Shown here in pieces: positions 26,400 through 40,022 of a stretch of DNA of 64,000 nt. Origin of the DNA: Mobula birostris (lineage: Eukaryota). The stretch covers positions 175,842,647 to 175,906,646 of the forward strand of contig NC_092370.1 of NCBI RefSeq assembly GCF_030028105.1. The letters run 5' to 3'. Within the stretch, counting starts at the first letter, position 1, and each line of letters begins with the position of its first letter. Below the pieces are notes generated by a model, which made no database searches, was not told where the DNA came from, and saw only the letters and a list, made by a program, of their open reading frames with translations. Made by a program: the position numbers and the translations under genes.

Positions 26400-26678
26400 G
26401 GTGGTACAGTGGTGCAGTGGTTAGCACAACACTTTACAGTACAGGTGACCCGGGTTCAACTCCCTCCGCTGTCGGTGAGCAGTTTGTATGTTCTCCCGGT
26501 GACTGTGTGGGTTTCCTCCAGTGCTCTGGTTTCCTCCCACATTCCAAAGACGTAACGGTTGGTCATTGTAAATTGTCCCGTGATTAGGTCAGGGTTACGT
26601 TGGTGGGTTGCTGTGTGGCGTGGCTTCAAGGGGCCAGAAGGGCCTACTCCAAGCTTTATCTCAATAAGTAAATAATAA
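26400..26678 (+). mobile_element. tRNA-derived V-SINE (HE1-like)
   Basis: A box GGTGCAGTGG, B box GGTTCAACTCC, V-domain gggtttcctcc..ctctggtttcctcccaca, and a (TAAA) tail. Confidence 0.88.
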
Positions 26679-29139
26679 ATTATTTGTGTTTGTGTAAACC
26701 GACTCAAACCTGGATTTATTAAGCATCAGTTTTCATCATGTAATCACTTCCAGTAATTAATTTTTTATAAGTGAGAATTAATTTTGTGATTCAAATACAA
26801 CAACTTTTTCAGATCAATCAGTTTAAATATTTTAAAACTTCCTTGTTTTTAATTCTATTGGGCAATGCACTCTGCTGCCTTTTTTTTTACTTTCCCTTGA
26901 TTTTCAATACAAATGTTAATATAGAACTGAAAATGTAACGTCCTTCAACTAGGCTGACAAACATAGCATTATTGTAAGCACATGGTACAACATGTGAACA
27001 TAGAATGGTATTGTAAAAGTGTATTCAGCGTTTTATTTGTTGGTTTTATCCTCTTTGTTTCAGAAGAAAACACAAATCTGTCTCCGTCACAGAGGTTTGA
27101 GGCACAATGGTAGACAGCCATGAACAGCGACAACTGTTTTTGTTCCGTGACAACTCTTATCCCATCAATCCCTAAGTTTCAATGCAACATTTATGAGCAC
27201 GTCATGGACATTAGAAATCTATTCTTGAGGATGGATACTTCCTTACCATTCTGTGTAACTGGGTAACTGAGTGCCTCCCCACATTGCTGTTGAGACAAGT
27301 TATGAAGAGTCTTAAATAAAACTGACACAATTAAAGGGTTAGCATTTCTATGAATTATATAGATGCAAAATACCAGTAAGTTCTTGTAAGGGAGAACTCA
27401 GGTTAAAAAATAATGTGGGAGAACATCAGGAAATCACAGATGTATTAAATTAATTTTACTATAAAATTCTACATCCAGTTAAACCCTCATGCAGGAACCA
27501 TTAAATACTGAGGAGAAAATAAGAGAAGTCACCTGAGAGCAGCTAAATATTTACAGAGCACTCGGACAGATGGGATAACAGTGAAATCCTTAAAGGAAAT
27601 GAGTGAGAAAATATATTTTAGTATTTTCAGAAATGCTGAAGTTATTGTATGATAACCCATGTCGTATCTATACTCAAGAGATTAAAAAATGAAGGGAAAT
27701 TTGAGGTTATGTCTCCCAATGATGCCTTAAAGAACATTATGTACAATTAAATACTGTCACTGAATGAAGCTAATGATGTAATTTATGATTCAGAGCAAGC
27801 ATCCACCAATGTTAGTATACTGATAATCTGTTAGTAATCAATTTTGGTGATGTTGACTGAAAGAAAAAAAACATTTGGCAGGAAATGGGATTATCTCCTA
27901 TGCTCTTCAAAATGATACTTTTTTTACATCCTCTTGAAAGAGCTGATTGGGACTCAGTTTAATCTCACTTCTACCGTCTCTCAATGTCAGCTCAGGGTTT
28001 CTTCAGTGGTGTTTGATATCCACTCCTACTCCTAAACTACCCTGCTTTCTGACTCAGGGATGAGGGAATTGCCGTTTACACACAGGGAATTATGAATTTG
28101 TTAACTTATTAACAAAGATTTTCACTTTGTTGCCTGTTTTAATATCTCCTCTGTGCTTCAAATCTGTCTATTAATTATCCTGTGAGATCTATTGTAGATG
28201 CTCTACATAAATGCAGATTATTGTTTCGAGTCAAATTAGCTTTTAAATTCTGTGTAATTTATTATTAAGGATATATCTAAGATTTTTTATGCAAACGGTG
28301 ATTCATGAAGTCCTTTAACTGTCATATCTATCAATGTTCTTTTTCATTGATAATGATAGACAAGGTAATTGGAAAACTGAAAGTGCCATGGGTTAAATGG
28401 TTCTGTTCAGTACACTATTTTAAAAATTCCAATAAAATGAAAATGAGACATTACTAAAAATGTAAAAATCAAATTGGCCTTACAGATGGTGTAAATTTAT
28501 TAGCATGGGTGAATTAAACATCTAAAAAATAGAATGGGTGTTTTTGAGTTCTGGAAAATACTTAAGGCAACTCAAAAACCTTTAAATGTGTTTCAGTAGT
28601 ACAACACGCAATTCTGATTTCCTAGCCTCTCTATTTTCCTGTTTTCTAATGCAATTCATGTTTTTGTTAAACTCATCATGTAAAATTATGAATCTAATGT
28701 TAAAGCAAAATTAATGACAGAAAATGAACAGAAAGTTAAAAAAAATGAAGGTTCAAAGTCCTGGTCAGCATTTGACATGAGCGAAGATGGATGTATTTCT
28801 GACACAAATCCTTTATCCAGACAAACAACAAATGAAAATTTATTGTACAGTAGCTAAATCTTGACCTTTTTGAAAAACCTGAACTTGAAATCAATGTTTT
28901 GTCTGGTTGTTCATTACGGGCTCTTCATATCAAATGCCAAATCATCTTCTGCAGGCTATAATACCAAATTTCTTCGATTACATTTGGCTGCATGTGTCAC
29001 CCAGCTGCTGAAGAGTGTGACATTTACCATCTTTCTTGCTTAAGTTCAACTGCTCTGTTTTATGATAAAATTTTCCCAGTGTTATCTCTACCTGCATGGA
29101 CAGTTGCATTGTTTCGATCATTCTGATGTACTTAGGTGT

Positions 29140-29460
29140 ACCTTAACCAATTTTACTTGTGCTTGAAACTCCCATTGATTCACTATTAATAACTTTAAAA
29201 GAAATGCCAACAGCTCCTTTTATTCTCGCACTGGCCATTCCTTCTATACCTCTGTCTACCAAATTGTTCTTCATTCTTCTTTTTCATGTTGATTCAATAG
29301 CTGCAAATTTTTCCAAGAAGAAAGGAGATACTTTTCCACCTCTTGTTGTTGTAAAAGTAATAACCTCGATAAAGAGGATATTTCCATTTGGAGCTATGTC
29401 TGCATGAATATTAACAACAGATTCTGATGTATTAGATTTATAAGATTCTTCTTTCATACT
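29140..29460 (-). pseudogene. Highly degraded PIF/Harbinger (ISL2EU-like) DDE transposase fragment
   Basis: Minus-strand reading YKSNT..IAPNGNILFI..GGKVS..LVDRG..MASARI..AVG..FKVIN (one in-frame stop) has the motif order of DDE_Tnp_4 transposases. Confidence 0.45.
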
Positions 29461-30950
29461 GATACTAATAAGACCATTTCACTTTAAGTTAGCAGCATTG
29501 CTGAAGATAAAGTGAAACATTTGTTTTGCTTTAACTGGAAATTAGTCCCTAGGTGTTTAAAATCTGACATAATTACTCGGTTGATAAATGGTCAAAACAC
29601 GTGAATCATCTCCACATGCAGATCACATTGTAGTGGGTCTGAAATAGCAATTGTAGTGCAGAAGTACTCAAATTGGATAATGTCAATTTACACTCATAGA
29701 AATAGTGACTCATCTGTTTTGGAAAACTTAATTAATTACCGATAATTTTAAAAACTTTCGAACTTGACAGTTAAAATGGTTTGTAATGGAGTAATGGTTT
29801 AAATATGTTAAACATATAAACATTTCATAAAAGCTAAAGGAGAAAAATGGTGACGTCATGAGTAAATGCTGAATCCTGACTTTGATCACATCTGTTATCA
29901 GTTCTTAGTTCAGTGATTAATTCAAAGGCCACTCTGAGTTGTATGCTGAACTTATGTAAAATATGTATGGTTTATTTATTCAGAGTCAGAAGAGAAAAGC
30001 AATATTTAATATTTAATTAAAAAAGGTCTATTACTTTATTGAACCATATATAATCTGTCATATATTTTAATGGGCTTTCTTCAAAGCTAAATGATTCAAT
30101 CTCCAATAAGGTCAAATGTAAAAACTTTTCCAGCAGATTTTATCCAACTAAATATCAGAAAAATCCTTACCATAAACTCTGTCCCCTAGCTGTTGATTCC
30201 TCCTTTCTTTCTTCTATCCTCCTGTGGCTATAAGACTCTACAACTCCTCCTCAAGTATGTAAGTATATGGTTTCATTGCACTATTACTTTTTAATGCATT
30301 CTTTATAATTTTTTCGTACCTCAATGCTTACATTTTGTATTTTGAAGTATATATTTCTGACTGAGCAACCTTGCAACAATAATTTCCTTCAGGATCTCAT
30401 CTTATACATATTGAAACAGAACATTCTGGAAGTACTATGCAGGCCAGAGAAACAGAACTAATGTTTCAGGTCAATGACCATTCAACTGAACTCATCAGAA
30501 AAAGATCTTCAACATAAGGATTTAACACTATTTCTCTCTCCACAAGTGTTGCCAATCTGCTGAGTATTCCTTGAATTTTCTGTTTTCATTTCAGTTTTTC
30601 CAAATCGTGCATCTTCATGCTTTCAAAATTTTGTTTACAACCTCGGTGTTCCATTGTATCCTGAGATGAGCTGAGAAGATCACGAAAACTTGTGTGACAT
30701 TGTCCAGCCAATTGTAGCTCAATTTCTTAAATGCTAAAATGCTCTTGTTATTTCTTGACTGGAATATTGGAGTGGTTAGATTCCCTTGGCCTATGTTCAA
30801 TAAATCCAGGTTATTCTAAAGCCCATATTCCAACTCACACCAGGTTCTATGCCACTGCACTTGCAAATTAACATTTTCTCCGGAGTAGATAACATGTTGA
30901 TTTTAAAATTTTCACTCTTTTTTTCAAATCCCTCCATGACTTTGACACTC

Positions 30951-32950
30951 ATTATTCAAAGTTCAAAGTAAATTTATTATCAAAGTATGTATATGTTACC
31001 ACATACTACCATGAGATCCATTTTCTTGCAGGAACTTATAGGAAAAAGGAAATACAGTACTATTTTGTGATAAACAAAGACTGACAGACAACCAATATGC
31101 AAAGGACAAACTGTGCAAATAAAAATGATACTGAGAGCATGGGTTGTACAGAGTCCTTCAAAGTGAGTCTGTAGGTCATAATAGCAGTTCAGAATAGTGG
31201 TGAATGAAGTTATCCGTGCCAGTTGGGGAGCCTGATGGTTGTAGGGTAATAGTTGTTTCTGAACCTGGTGGTGTGGGACCCAAGATCTTTGTACCCTCTT
31301 CCTGATGGTGGTGGCAAGAAGAGGGCATGACTTGGGTGGTGAGGGTCTTTGATGATGGACCTTTCTTTCTTGTGGCAGTGCTCGATGTAAATACACTCAA
31401 TGGTGGGGTGAGTTTTTCCTGTGATGGACTGGCCTGCATCTACCACTTTCTGTACCCTATTCTGTTCTTGGGCATTGGTGTTTCCATAACAGTCCATGAT
31501 GTAACCAGCTAGGATACACTCCACTGTGCATCTATAGAAGTTTGTCAAAGTGTTTGGTGACATTGCAAATTCATGCAAACTCATAGAGGTGAATAAGTGT
31601 CATCACAAAGAAGGCTGTTGTGCCTCCTTTGTGATGACAATTATGTGCTGGTTCCTGGACAGATCCTCTGAAATGTTAATGCAAAGGAATGTAATGCTAT
31701 TGACCCTCTCCACCTCCTTTCCCCTGATGAGGACTGGCTCCGGCTTCTTCCTCCTGTAGTCAATAACCAGCTCTCTGATTTTGCTGACATTAAGTATGAA
31801 GTTGTTGTGAAGACATCACTCAGCCCGATCTGCAATCTCCTCCTAAATGTTGATTCATCACCACATTTGGCAAACAACAGTGGTATCATCAGCCAACCTA
31901 AATACAGGATTGGAACTGTACTTACCCACACAATCTATCTAATATCACAATCTAATCAGCATGAAGTGAGTGGAGCAGAGTGCAATGTAGTGTACCAATG
32001 AGCGTGGAGGAGATGTTGTTGCCAATCTGTACTATCTGGGGTATACTAGTCAGGAAATTGAGGATCCCATTGCACAGAGAGATACCGAAGCCCAGGTCTT
32101 GGAGCTTAGTGATAAGTTTTGAGGGGATCATAGTGTTGAATGCTGAGCTGTACCCAATAAAGAGCATCTTTATTCTTTAGGAGTTCTAAAGATGAGTAAA
32201 GGGAAATACAATGACATCTGCTGTTGACCTGTTGTAATGATAGGCAAATTGGAGCAGATCTAGTTCATTCCTCAGGCAGGAGTTGATATTCTTCATGAGC
32301 AACCTCTCAAAGCTCTTCATCAGAGTGGATGTAAGTGCCACAGCACAATAGTTATTGAGGCAGGTTACCATGTTCTTCTTGGGCGTCGGTATGATTGATA
32401 CCTGTCTGAAGCACATGGGTACCTCAGACTGCTGAAGTGAAAGTTTGAAGATGTCCTTACATACCCCATCCAGTTAATTAACACAGATCTTCTGTACTTG
32501 GTCATGTACACTGTCTGGGCCACAGGCTTTCCATGGATTCACCCTCTTGAAGGATGCTCTCATGCCAGCCTCAGAGATGTCGGGGTGGGGGGGTGTGGGA
32601 GTTTGTGAAGGTGTCTTCATGGTCTATCAGTCAAAGGGAGCATGGAAGTGAAATCTTGTTGCCATTTCTGTTGCTTGGTTTTCTTTGTAGGAGGTGATGG
32701 CATTTAAGCCCTGCCATAGTTGTTAGTGATTCAAGTTTAGTCTAAAATGGAGACTTTCCATGTGAAATGGCCTTCTGGAGGTTATATCTGGACCTCTTGT
32801 ACTTTCCTAGATCATCAGTCCTGAGTGCCACCGATCCAGCCCTCAGCAGATTGCAAATCACTTGGTTTGCCAAGGCTTCTGCTTGGGAAGACAGAATGAT
32901 TTTGTTGGGACATATTTGTCCACATGTATCTTAATAAAATTTGTTACAAT
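30951..32950 (-). mobile_element. Rex1/Babar LINE, degenerate
   Basis: Fragments [42 protein letters not shown] and FYRCTVE; (TTTGAAC) tail. Confidence 0.9.
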
Positions 32951-33211
32951 CATAGTGTATTTATTTCTGTAACAGATCCAGTCCCAGATTTCTCAGTTCT
33001 TTATCATCTCCTAATAAATCACTATTTGGATACTAACCATGTATTCAGCTGCTTAGATCTTCTCTATTGGACATTTCTTTCTCACAGGCTCTTTGAGTTT
33101 TTCCTTAAATCTGCTTTTTATGACCTGATTTTTGGTTATCTGACACGAGTGTAGTTTTTACTTGATTAAGTATTCTGGGACATTGTTATATATTAAATTT
33201 GTTGTGCAAAT

Positions 33212-34488
33212 TGTTATGTACCCCTAGAGTTCATTGTTTCTGTGTACTGTCACTTTAAAATGGCGAGAGAATGAAACTGACTTTTGGACACTGTTGGATT
33301 TCTGTTGACTGTAAAATTGCTTGGATCCTATGGAGAGAGAGATGGAGATATTTGATGGACAATGAATATTTATGGTTTCTCGCAGCTTGTATTGAATAAG
33401 CAGGGTCAGATGGTCCTCTTACGGACACACACAGTTCAGAGTCAAGATGGATTCGGTTAGTGAAAGACACCAGGTAGTCGGTCGCTGGTTTAAACTTTCA
33501 GTAGCCCAAAGGGGTGAGTTGATAATTGATAATTGACTGTCATAAGTGCTGCAACTAGAAGAAGTTGGCAGAGAAAGAGGGGAGAGGAAGGTTTGAAACA
33601 GAAGAAACCTAGTGACAAAGAGGTCACTGTTTGGACTCTCTCCAAGTAGCCCATTAGGGTGAGTTTGATTCCATTTGAATTCGAAAGTGTGATTGTCTCA
33701 TAGTTAATCCACAGGAGTGGGTTCTCTGGTGAGGGGAAAACCTTTGTGAATACCATGTGTTTGTTTGCCCATTGTCTGGGTGTGGTAGTTCACTGAAGGA
33801 GCCATCCCTGTGGCAAATCACTGTTAATTTTCATATGTCGTGGAACTGGATAAGTGGCTGTCACGTTGTGTGTTTGGAGTAACTGTGTGGAACCTACTGG
33901 TGTGTCTACCCTTGCCTGGGTGGTGGTTCCCTTGAAGATGGTCCCCTTTGTGATAAGCTACTGTTGGTGATAATCCATACGTGGATTCGATTTGAGTATC
34001 CTGTGGTCACCACTTTGGGATATCCCGTAGCTGAATTCGGGTGTGGTACCACTTGTGTTGAAAGGATATTTATTGCAGATCACTGTTGGTGATACTTCGT
34101 GTGTGGAGTGGAACAACTCTGGAGATAAAACCTACTGCTATTGTTACTTCGTATTGCTGTCGTGGAATCTGTGGAATATCAAAGTAATTACCTTCTCACA
34201 AAATTTGCCTTTGGATTACAAATATCTCGCATTAATTAACCTGAGGATTGAACTGAACTTTCTTACCACACCATCGTGAGACTGTATCACTTACCACCTA
34301 AGCTTGAAGTAGTTTGGGGATTTATATATATTCAACTACATCTGCATAACACTGTTAACTCTTGATTTACCTAGTTTAAGTTACTATATGACATAGTTAC
34401 TATTAAAATAGTGTTTTGTTAACAGCAGAACCAGACTCCAGGTGTGTTCTATTGCTGCTGATACTTCTACAGGGTTGTGTGTATAACA
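33212..34488 (+). repeat. 5' LTR (~1.28 kb)
   Basis: Starts TGTTA and ends TAACA. Its 33526-34488 part is repeated at ~35806-36772. Confidence 0.85.
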
Positions 34489-34494
34489 TTTAAT

Positions 34495-34512
34495 TGGGAG
34501 CTCGTCTGGGGT
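34495..34512 (+). promoter_or_regulatory. Primer-binding site, tRNA-Pro-like
   Basis: TGGGAGCTCGTCTGGGGT matches the tRNA-Pro PBS TGGGGGCTCGTCCGGGAT at 15/18 positions and lies just after the LTR. Confidence 0.75.
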
Positions 34513-34628
34513 ATGAACAAGTTGTTTGGAGCCATTTTAAAATTGTTTGGGGGCTTAATTGATTGATTAATGGTCAATCTGATTGGGGAAAATCCCTTTT
34601 GATTTGCTTGAGTGGGAAATCAGCAGCA

Positions 34629-35790
34629 ATGGAGGTTGAGGTTTGTAGGTTTCTGGCAGAACTAACCTCTGAAGTATTGGATGATGCTAAGAGGGTTGTG
34701 CTGTGGGAAATTGCTCAAAAGTTAAAGCTTAAGGCGAACATTAAAATGAGGAAGGCGCAGATGCAGATGTTAATAGCACAGCATTTTATAACCAAGGGAG
34801 AGTTTAATGAAGATATGTTGGAAATGTTTGCTGAAGGTAAACCTACTGAGGCTGAGCTTCAGCTTCAGCTAGAAAAATTCAAGATGGAGGCTGAGGATAG
34901 GCGAAGGCAGCATGAGTTGCAACTAAAACAGCTTGAGGTTGACAAAGCAGAAAAGAAGAGGCAGTATGATGCTAGAGAGGCAGAAAAACAGACAGAGTTC
35001 GAGGGGGAGAGATGGCAGCAAAGAGGTCAAGTGCTAGACCTTGGTGATAGGTTTAGTGTCAGTCGAGAAATTAAGTTGGTACCTCCATTTGATGAAGCAG
35101 AAGTTGATAAGTACTTCCTGTATTTTGAAAAAGTGGCCCAGAATCGGCAGTGGCCGAGGGACCAGTGGGCTGTTTTGTTACAATGTGTAATTAAAGGGAA
35201 AGCCCAGCAAGTGTATTCTGCTCTGACACTTGAAGAGGCAGCTGATTATAACACAATGAAAGAAGCTGTGCTTAAGATTTATGAGTTAGTTCCGGAGGCG
35301 TACAGACAAAAGTTTAGAGATTTGAGGAAGTCTGGGAACCAAACATATGTGGAGTTTGCCTATGAGAAACATGCGTACTTCAATCGTTGGTGTACCTCAA
35401 AAGGGGTGAATGAGGATATTAACAACTTAAAGGAGTTGATTTTGATTGAAGAATTTAAAAGTTGTGTTCCCTGATGAAGTAAGGATGTACCTAGATGAAA
35501 AGGATGCTACTACTTTGCAGGAGTCTGCTAGACTGGCAGATGAGTATGATTTAACCTACAAGGTTAAATTTATCCTGAATGAGAGCTTCAAAGAGAGTAG
35601 CTGGGATGATCAGGGTAAATTGGAATTTGAAACTGGGAGTAGTGATGAAAGCGAGGAAGAGGAAGCAGGCCCAATTGCCTGTGTTCATGTTGTTGAAGCA
35701 TCTGTAAATCTGCAGGATGTTGAACATGGTGTTGAAACTCAGTTAAAACTTGTATGTCAGATTTGGTTGGAAAGGAATTCAGTCATTTGA
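34629..35790 (+). pseudogene. gag: Gag with a SCAN-like capsid domain; frameshift near 35470
   Basis: LVPPFDE..YF..FEKVA...WP...W..LLQ..GKAQ..YELVPEAYRQKFR..ELILIEEFK. Continues in another frame (PDEVRMYLDEK..ARLADEY). Confidence 0.88.
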
Positions 35791-35805
35791 GAGCGATCCA
35801 GAGTA

Positions 35806-36772
35806 TTGATAATTGACTGTCACAAGTGCTGCAACTGGAAGAAGTTGGCAGAGAAGAGGGGAGAGAAAGGTTTGAAACAGAAGAAACCTAGTGACAAAGA
35901 GGTCACTGTTTGGACTCTCTCCAAGTAGCCTGTAAGGGTGAGTTTGATTCTATTTGAATACGAAAGTGTGATTGTCACGTAGTTAAACCACAGGAATAGG
36001 TTCTCTGGTGAGGGGAAAACCCTTTGTGAATACCACGTGTGTGTTTGCCCATTGTCTGGGTGTGGTATTCACAGAAGAAGGCATTCCTGTGGCAAATCAC
36101 TGTTGGAGGTATTTTCGTAATCATGGAACTGGATAAGAGGCTATCACGTTGTGTGTTTGGGGTAACCGTGTGGAATCTACCGGTGTGTCTACCCTTGCCT
36201 GGGTGGTGGTTCCCTTGAAGATGGGCCCCTTTGTGATAAGCTACTGTTGGTGGTAATCCATATGTGGATTCGATTTGAGTATCCTGTGGCCACCACTTTG
36301 GGATGTCCCGTAGCTGAATATGGGTCTGGTACCACTTGTGTTGAAAGGATATGCATTGAAGATCACTGTTGGTGATATTCGTGTGTGGAGTGGAACAACT
36401 CTGGAGATAAAACCTACTGCTATTGTTATTTTGTATTGCTGTCGTGGAATCTGTGGAATATTGACGTAATTGCCTTCTCACAATATTTGCCTTTGGATTA
36501 CAAATATCTCGCATTAATTAACCTGAGGATTGAACTGAACTTTTTTACCACACCATCGTGAGACTGTAACGCTTGCCACCTAAGCTTGAAGAAGTTTGGG
36601 GATTTATATATATTCAACTATATCTGCATAACACCATTAACTCTTGATTTACCTGGTTTAAGTTACTATGTGACGTAGTTACTATTAAAATAGTGTTTTG
36701 TTAACAGCAAAACCAGACTCCAGGTGTGTTCTATTGTTGCTAATACTTTTACAGGGTTGTGTGTACGCGACA
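35806..36772 (+). repeat. 3' LTR, 5'-truncated
   Basis: Direct repeat of 33526-34488 with high identity; ends in CA followed by the TSD. Confidence 0.88.
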
Positions 36773-37038
36773 AAATGGATGATGTTGTTGTAGCATAGGC
36801 TAGCGGTTTCCAAAAGAAAGAAGTGACTAAAATAAACCAATACAGAAACTTCCTAATTACTGAAGTAGTACTAGAATTGGTGTTTTTTCCTGTTCAAATT
36901 TAAATTTTGACAGCTGTCAGTGCACAGGAAACTAGTTAAGCAAGATGCATATTTTTAACTTTTAAGAGAGTTAAGGACTGGTGAATGAATATTTAAAGAC
37001 ATAATTTAAATAAATTGTGCAAGGGGAAGAAACATATA

Positions 37039-39099
37039 CAATGGATTCTAGTTAATTGGGCCATCAGTTAATCAGGGCAGCCGCTTCTTTGGAACAAATC
37101 TTAAAGAACAAAAAAAATTGAGAAAATAGCCGATTCCCTTTGTTCATTTAAGACACACTGCTGCTTAGTTGGGGCAGGCAATAGTCACCCATATGCAAGT
37201 GTGGCAATTAGACACTGCACCATGTTTAGAGCAAACAGTTGGGCCAGTTGCGTGTGCTTGTTATCCATTTGGGCTGATGGACACTGATTCAAGAGGCATT
37301 GATTTTTAATATTAATTTTCAATTTGACTTATAAAAAAAATTTTGAAACCCTTGCCATGAAAAGTTTTGACACCAACCGAAAAAAATTACCCTTCTGGAC
37401 CAAATTAAAAGCCATCCACCTATCACCACTCATCGTCAGCTGGCAGAGATAAATGGAGTGATGAAATCTACAATTTCACGCTTGATACATCAACAAGACA
37501 AACCGCAAGAAGAATGGGCATTATGTGAGGGAGAACAGGGAACATTCGAAAAAAGAAAGCTTGAAGGTAGGGATCCAGATGTTAAAGAGGCCCTCAGTCA
37601 ATGGTTTTACATTGTAACTGGACGAGGTGTGAGTGTCAGCGGAACAATGTTAAAAAAACAAGTCAGAGGAGCTAGCTAAGAAGCTGGGTCATGAAGATTT
37701 TAAAACAACAGATTGATTGGTTGTCTCAATGGAAATGTAGGCAACACATTAAATTCAAGAAAGCACACAGCGAGAAAGTTAGTGCCGTAGATGCTGAAAC
37801 ACGGAAAACTTCAAAATGCCCTGACTTATTTCAAAGATTTTGTGTGGATGATATCTACAATGCCAATGAAACAGAGCTTTTTTATTGTGTCATGCTGGAT
37901 GGTTCCCTTTGCTACAAACAAACAACACTATCAGGTTCAAAAAAAGCAATAGAGTGGATAATTGTGTTGTTCAAATATGTCAGAAATTGATAAGAAAAAA
38001 TTATTGCTTATTGGGAACAATGTTAAACCTCGATGCCTTTAAGGGGCTAAGATTGGATAGTTTTCCGATCCATTATTACCATTATCAGCATTCTTATGCT
38101 AATAAGAATGTGTGGATGACTTCTGAAATTGTTAGGAAATGGCTGATGAGTTGGGATATGGAGCTACAGTGGAAATCAAGCAAAATTCTTCTTGTTAACA
38201 ATTGTGCAGCACATCTGAATGTAGAATGTTTGAGAAACATCCAGCTGGAATTTCTGCCTGCCAGAGCAACATCCTTGGTGCAACCAATGGATATTGGAAT
38301 CATAAAAAATTTAAATACATTGTATTTGGGGAAGTTGGTGAACCATTCTCGAAGCAATTGAAGAAAATCTACTGACATCTTCAACAGCCAAGGAAGTGAG
38401 CGTACGGGTTAACCTTTTACAGGCAGTACAGTTTGTCAGAGATATTTAGTGAGAAATAAACAGCAAGACAATTCAGAATAGTTTTCCTCACTGCAAGCTG
38501 GGAGATGTCAGGAACGGTTGGGAGTGAAAATGAAATGATTTCACTACTTCAACAAGGAACTACGTAGAATTTGCAGGTATCAACAGTCACCTTGAATGTT
38601 GCAATGAAAATGAAGATTTGGAGTATGTATAGTATCAAAACACCAAGGTGGGAAATATGAAGGTGAAGAAAGTGATGAGGACGACACAACTGAACCTGAG
38701 CTAGTGACTACACAGGATGCCAGGAAATTTATTGTTGAATTATGACATTACTTCATGTAGGAAGGCAATGAAGGCAAACCATTATCTGCACTAGGTGTCT
38801 GCCCTGATTTTGTTAACTTACAGTCAATCAAAAGTACATGCCAGCTTACACTTAATGAATTCCTCGGTCAGTTACCAATATGAATTTATTTAGTTTTTAT
38901 AGTATTGTAGCAATATTGGTAGTGTTCTAGTTTGTTCTGTATTTCATTTAAATACATAGTTTATTAGTCAGTTAAATTGCCATTTGTCTTTTTTATACCT
39001 TTTTAATGATTTCTGTGAAACTTCAGATAACTGGGGCAGCCACTTAATTGGGCCAAAATGTACAGGTCCTGATGTGTTCCAATTAACCGGAATCTATTG
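37039..39099 (+). mobile_element. Tigger/pogo (TIGD-like) DNA transposon fossil
   Basis: TIRs CAATGGATTCTAGTTAATTGG / CCAATTAACCGGAATCTATTG with a TA TSD. CENP-B HTH and DDE motifs (IYNANETELFY, NKNVWMT, LLVNNCAAH, TSLVQPMDIGII), frameshifted. Confidence 0.92.
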
Positions 39100-39269
39100 T
39101 ATTATAAATTGGAAATGTAACTTCAAAGTTCTGGAGATAGAGTAGTACAACCATCACCTATGAAAAGAAAAAATGTATTAATATTTCATGTACATGTTAT
39201 CTCTGATTATGAATGCCATAAGACCATATGACTATGTCCAGCACATACATATGAATAAGTGTTTGGGAG

Positions 39270-40022
39270 ACTAGAATCATAGAGCACGACAGCACAGAAA
39301 CAGGCCCATCAGCCCATCTAGTCTGTGCCAGTCTGTTATTCTGCCTAGTCCCATTGAGCCAAACATGGACCATAGCCCTCCAACCCCCTTGCATCCATAC
39401 TTCTCTTAAATATTGAAATCAAACTTGCATTTACTACATCCTCTGGCAGCTTGTTCCACACTCACATCACCTTCTGAGTGAAGAAGCTCCCCCTCAGATT
39501 TCCCTTAAATATTTCACCTTTCACCCTTAACCTATGATGTCTAGTTCAAGTTTCACTGAAGCTCAGTGGAAAAAGCCTGCATGCATTTACCCTATCTATA
39601 CCCCTCATAATTTTGCAAACTTTTATCAATCTCCCCTCATTTGCCTACCCTCCAGGAATGAAGTCCTAACCTATGCGACCTATCCTTGTAACTCAGATCG
39701 TAGGTCCCAGCAACATCTTTTTCACTACACTCTTTCAATCTTATTGATATTTTTCCTGTAGGGAGGTAACCAGAACTGTGCACAATGCATCACATTTGGT
39801 CCCTTTAACATCTTATACGACTTCAGCATAACATCTCAACACCTGTACTAAACATTTTGATTTATGAAGGCCAATGTGCCGAGATTTCTCTTTACGACCC
39901 TTTCTACCTGTGACACCCCTTTCAAGGATTTATGGATCTGTATTCGCAGATCCCTCTGTTCCGATGTACTCCGCAGTTCCCTACCATTGTGTAGGTCCTA
40001 TCCTGGTTTGTCCTCCCCAAGT
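39270..40022 (-). mobile_element. CR1 LINE 3' fragment, degenerate
   Basis: Homologous to 60500-61290. Confidence 0.85.

Larger units (their letters stand above)
33212..36772 (+). mobile_element. Gmr1-like gypsy LTR retrotransposon, internally deleted (gag only)
   Basis: TG...CA ends, a 4-bp TSD aaat (33208-33211 and 36773-36776), two LTR copies and a gag ORF between them. Confidence 0.9.

Noticed and set aside
37458-38361. Domesticated TIGD gene
   Set aside because: It is frameshifted, its catalytic Asp motifs are degraded, and it still has TIRs and a TA TSD, so it is a transposon fossil.
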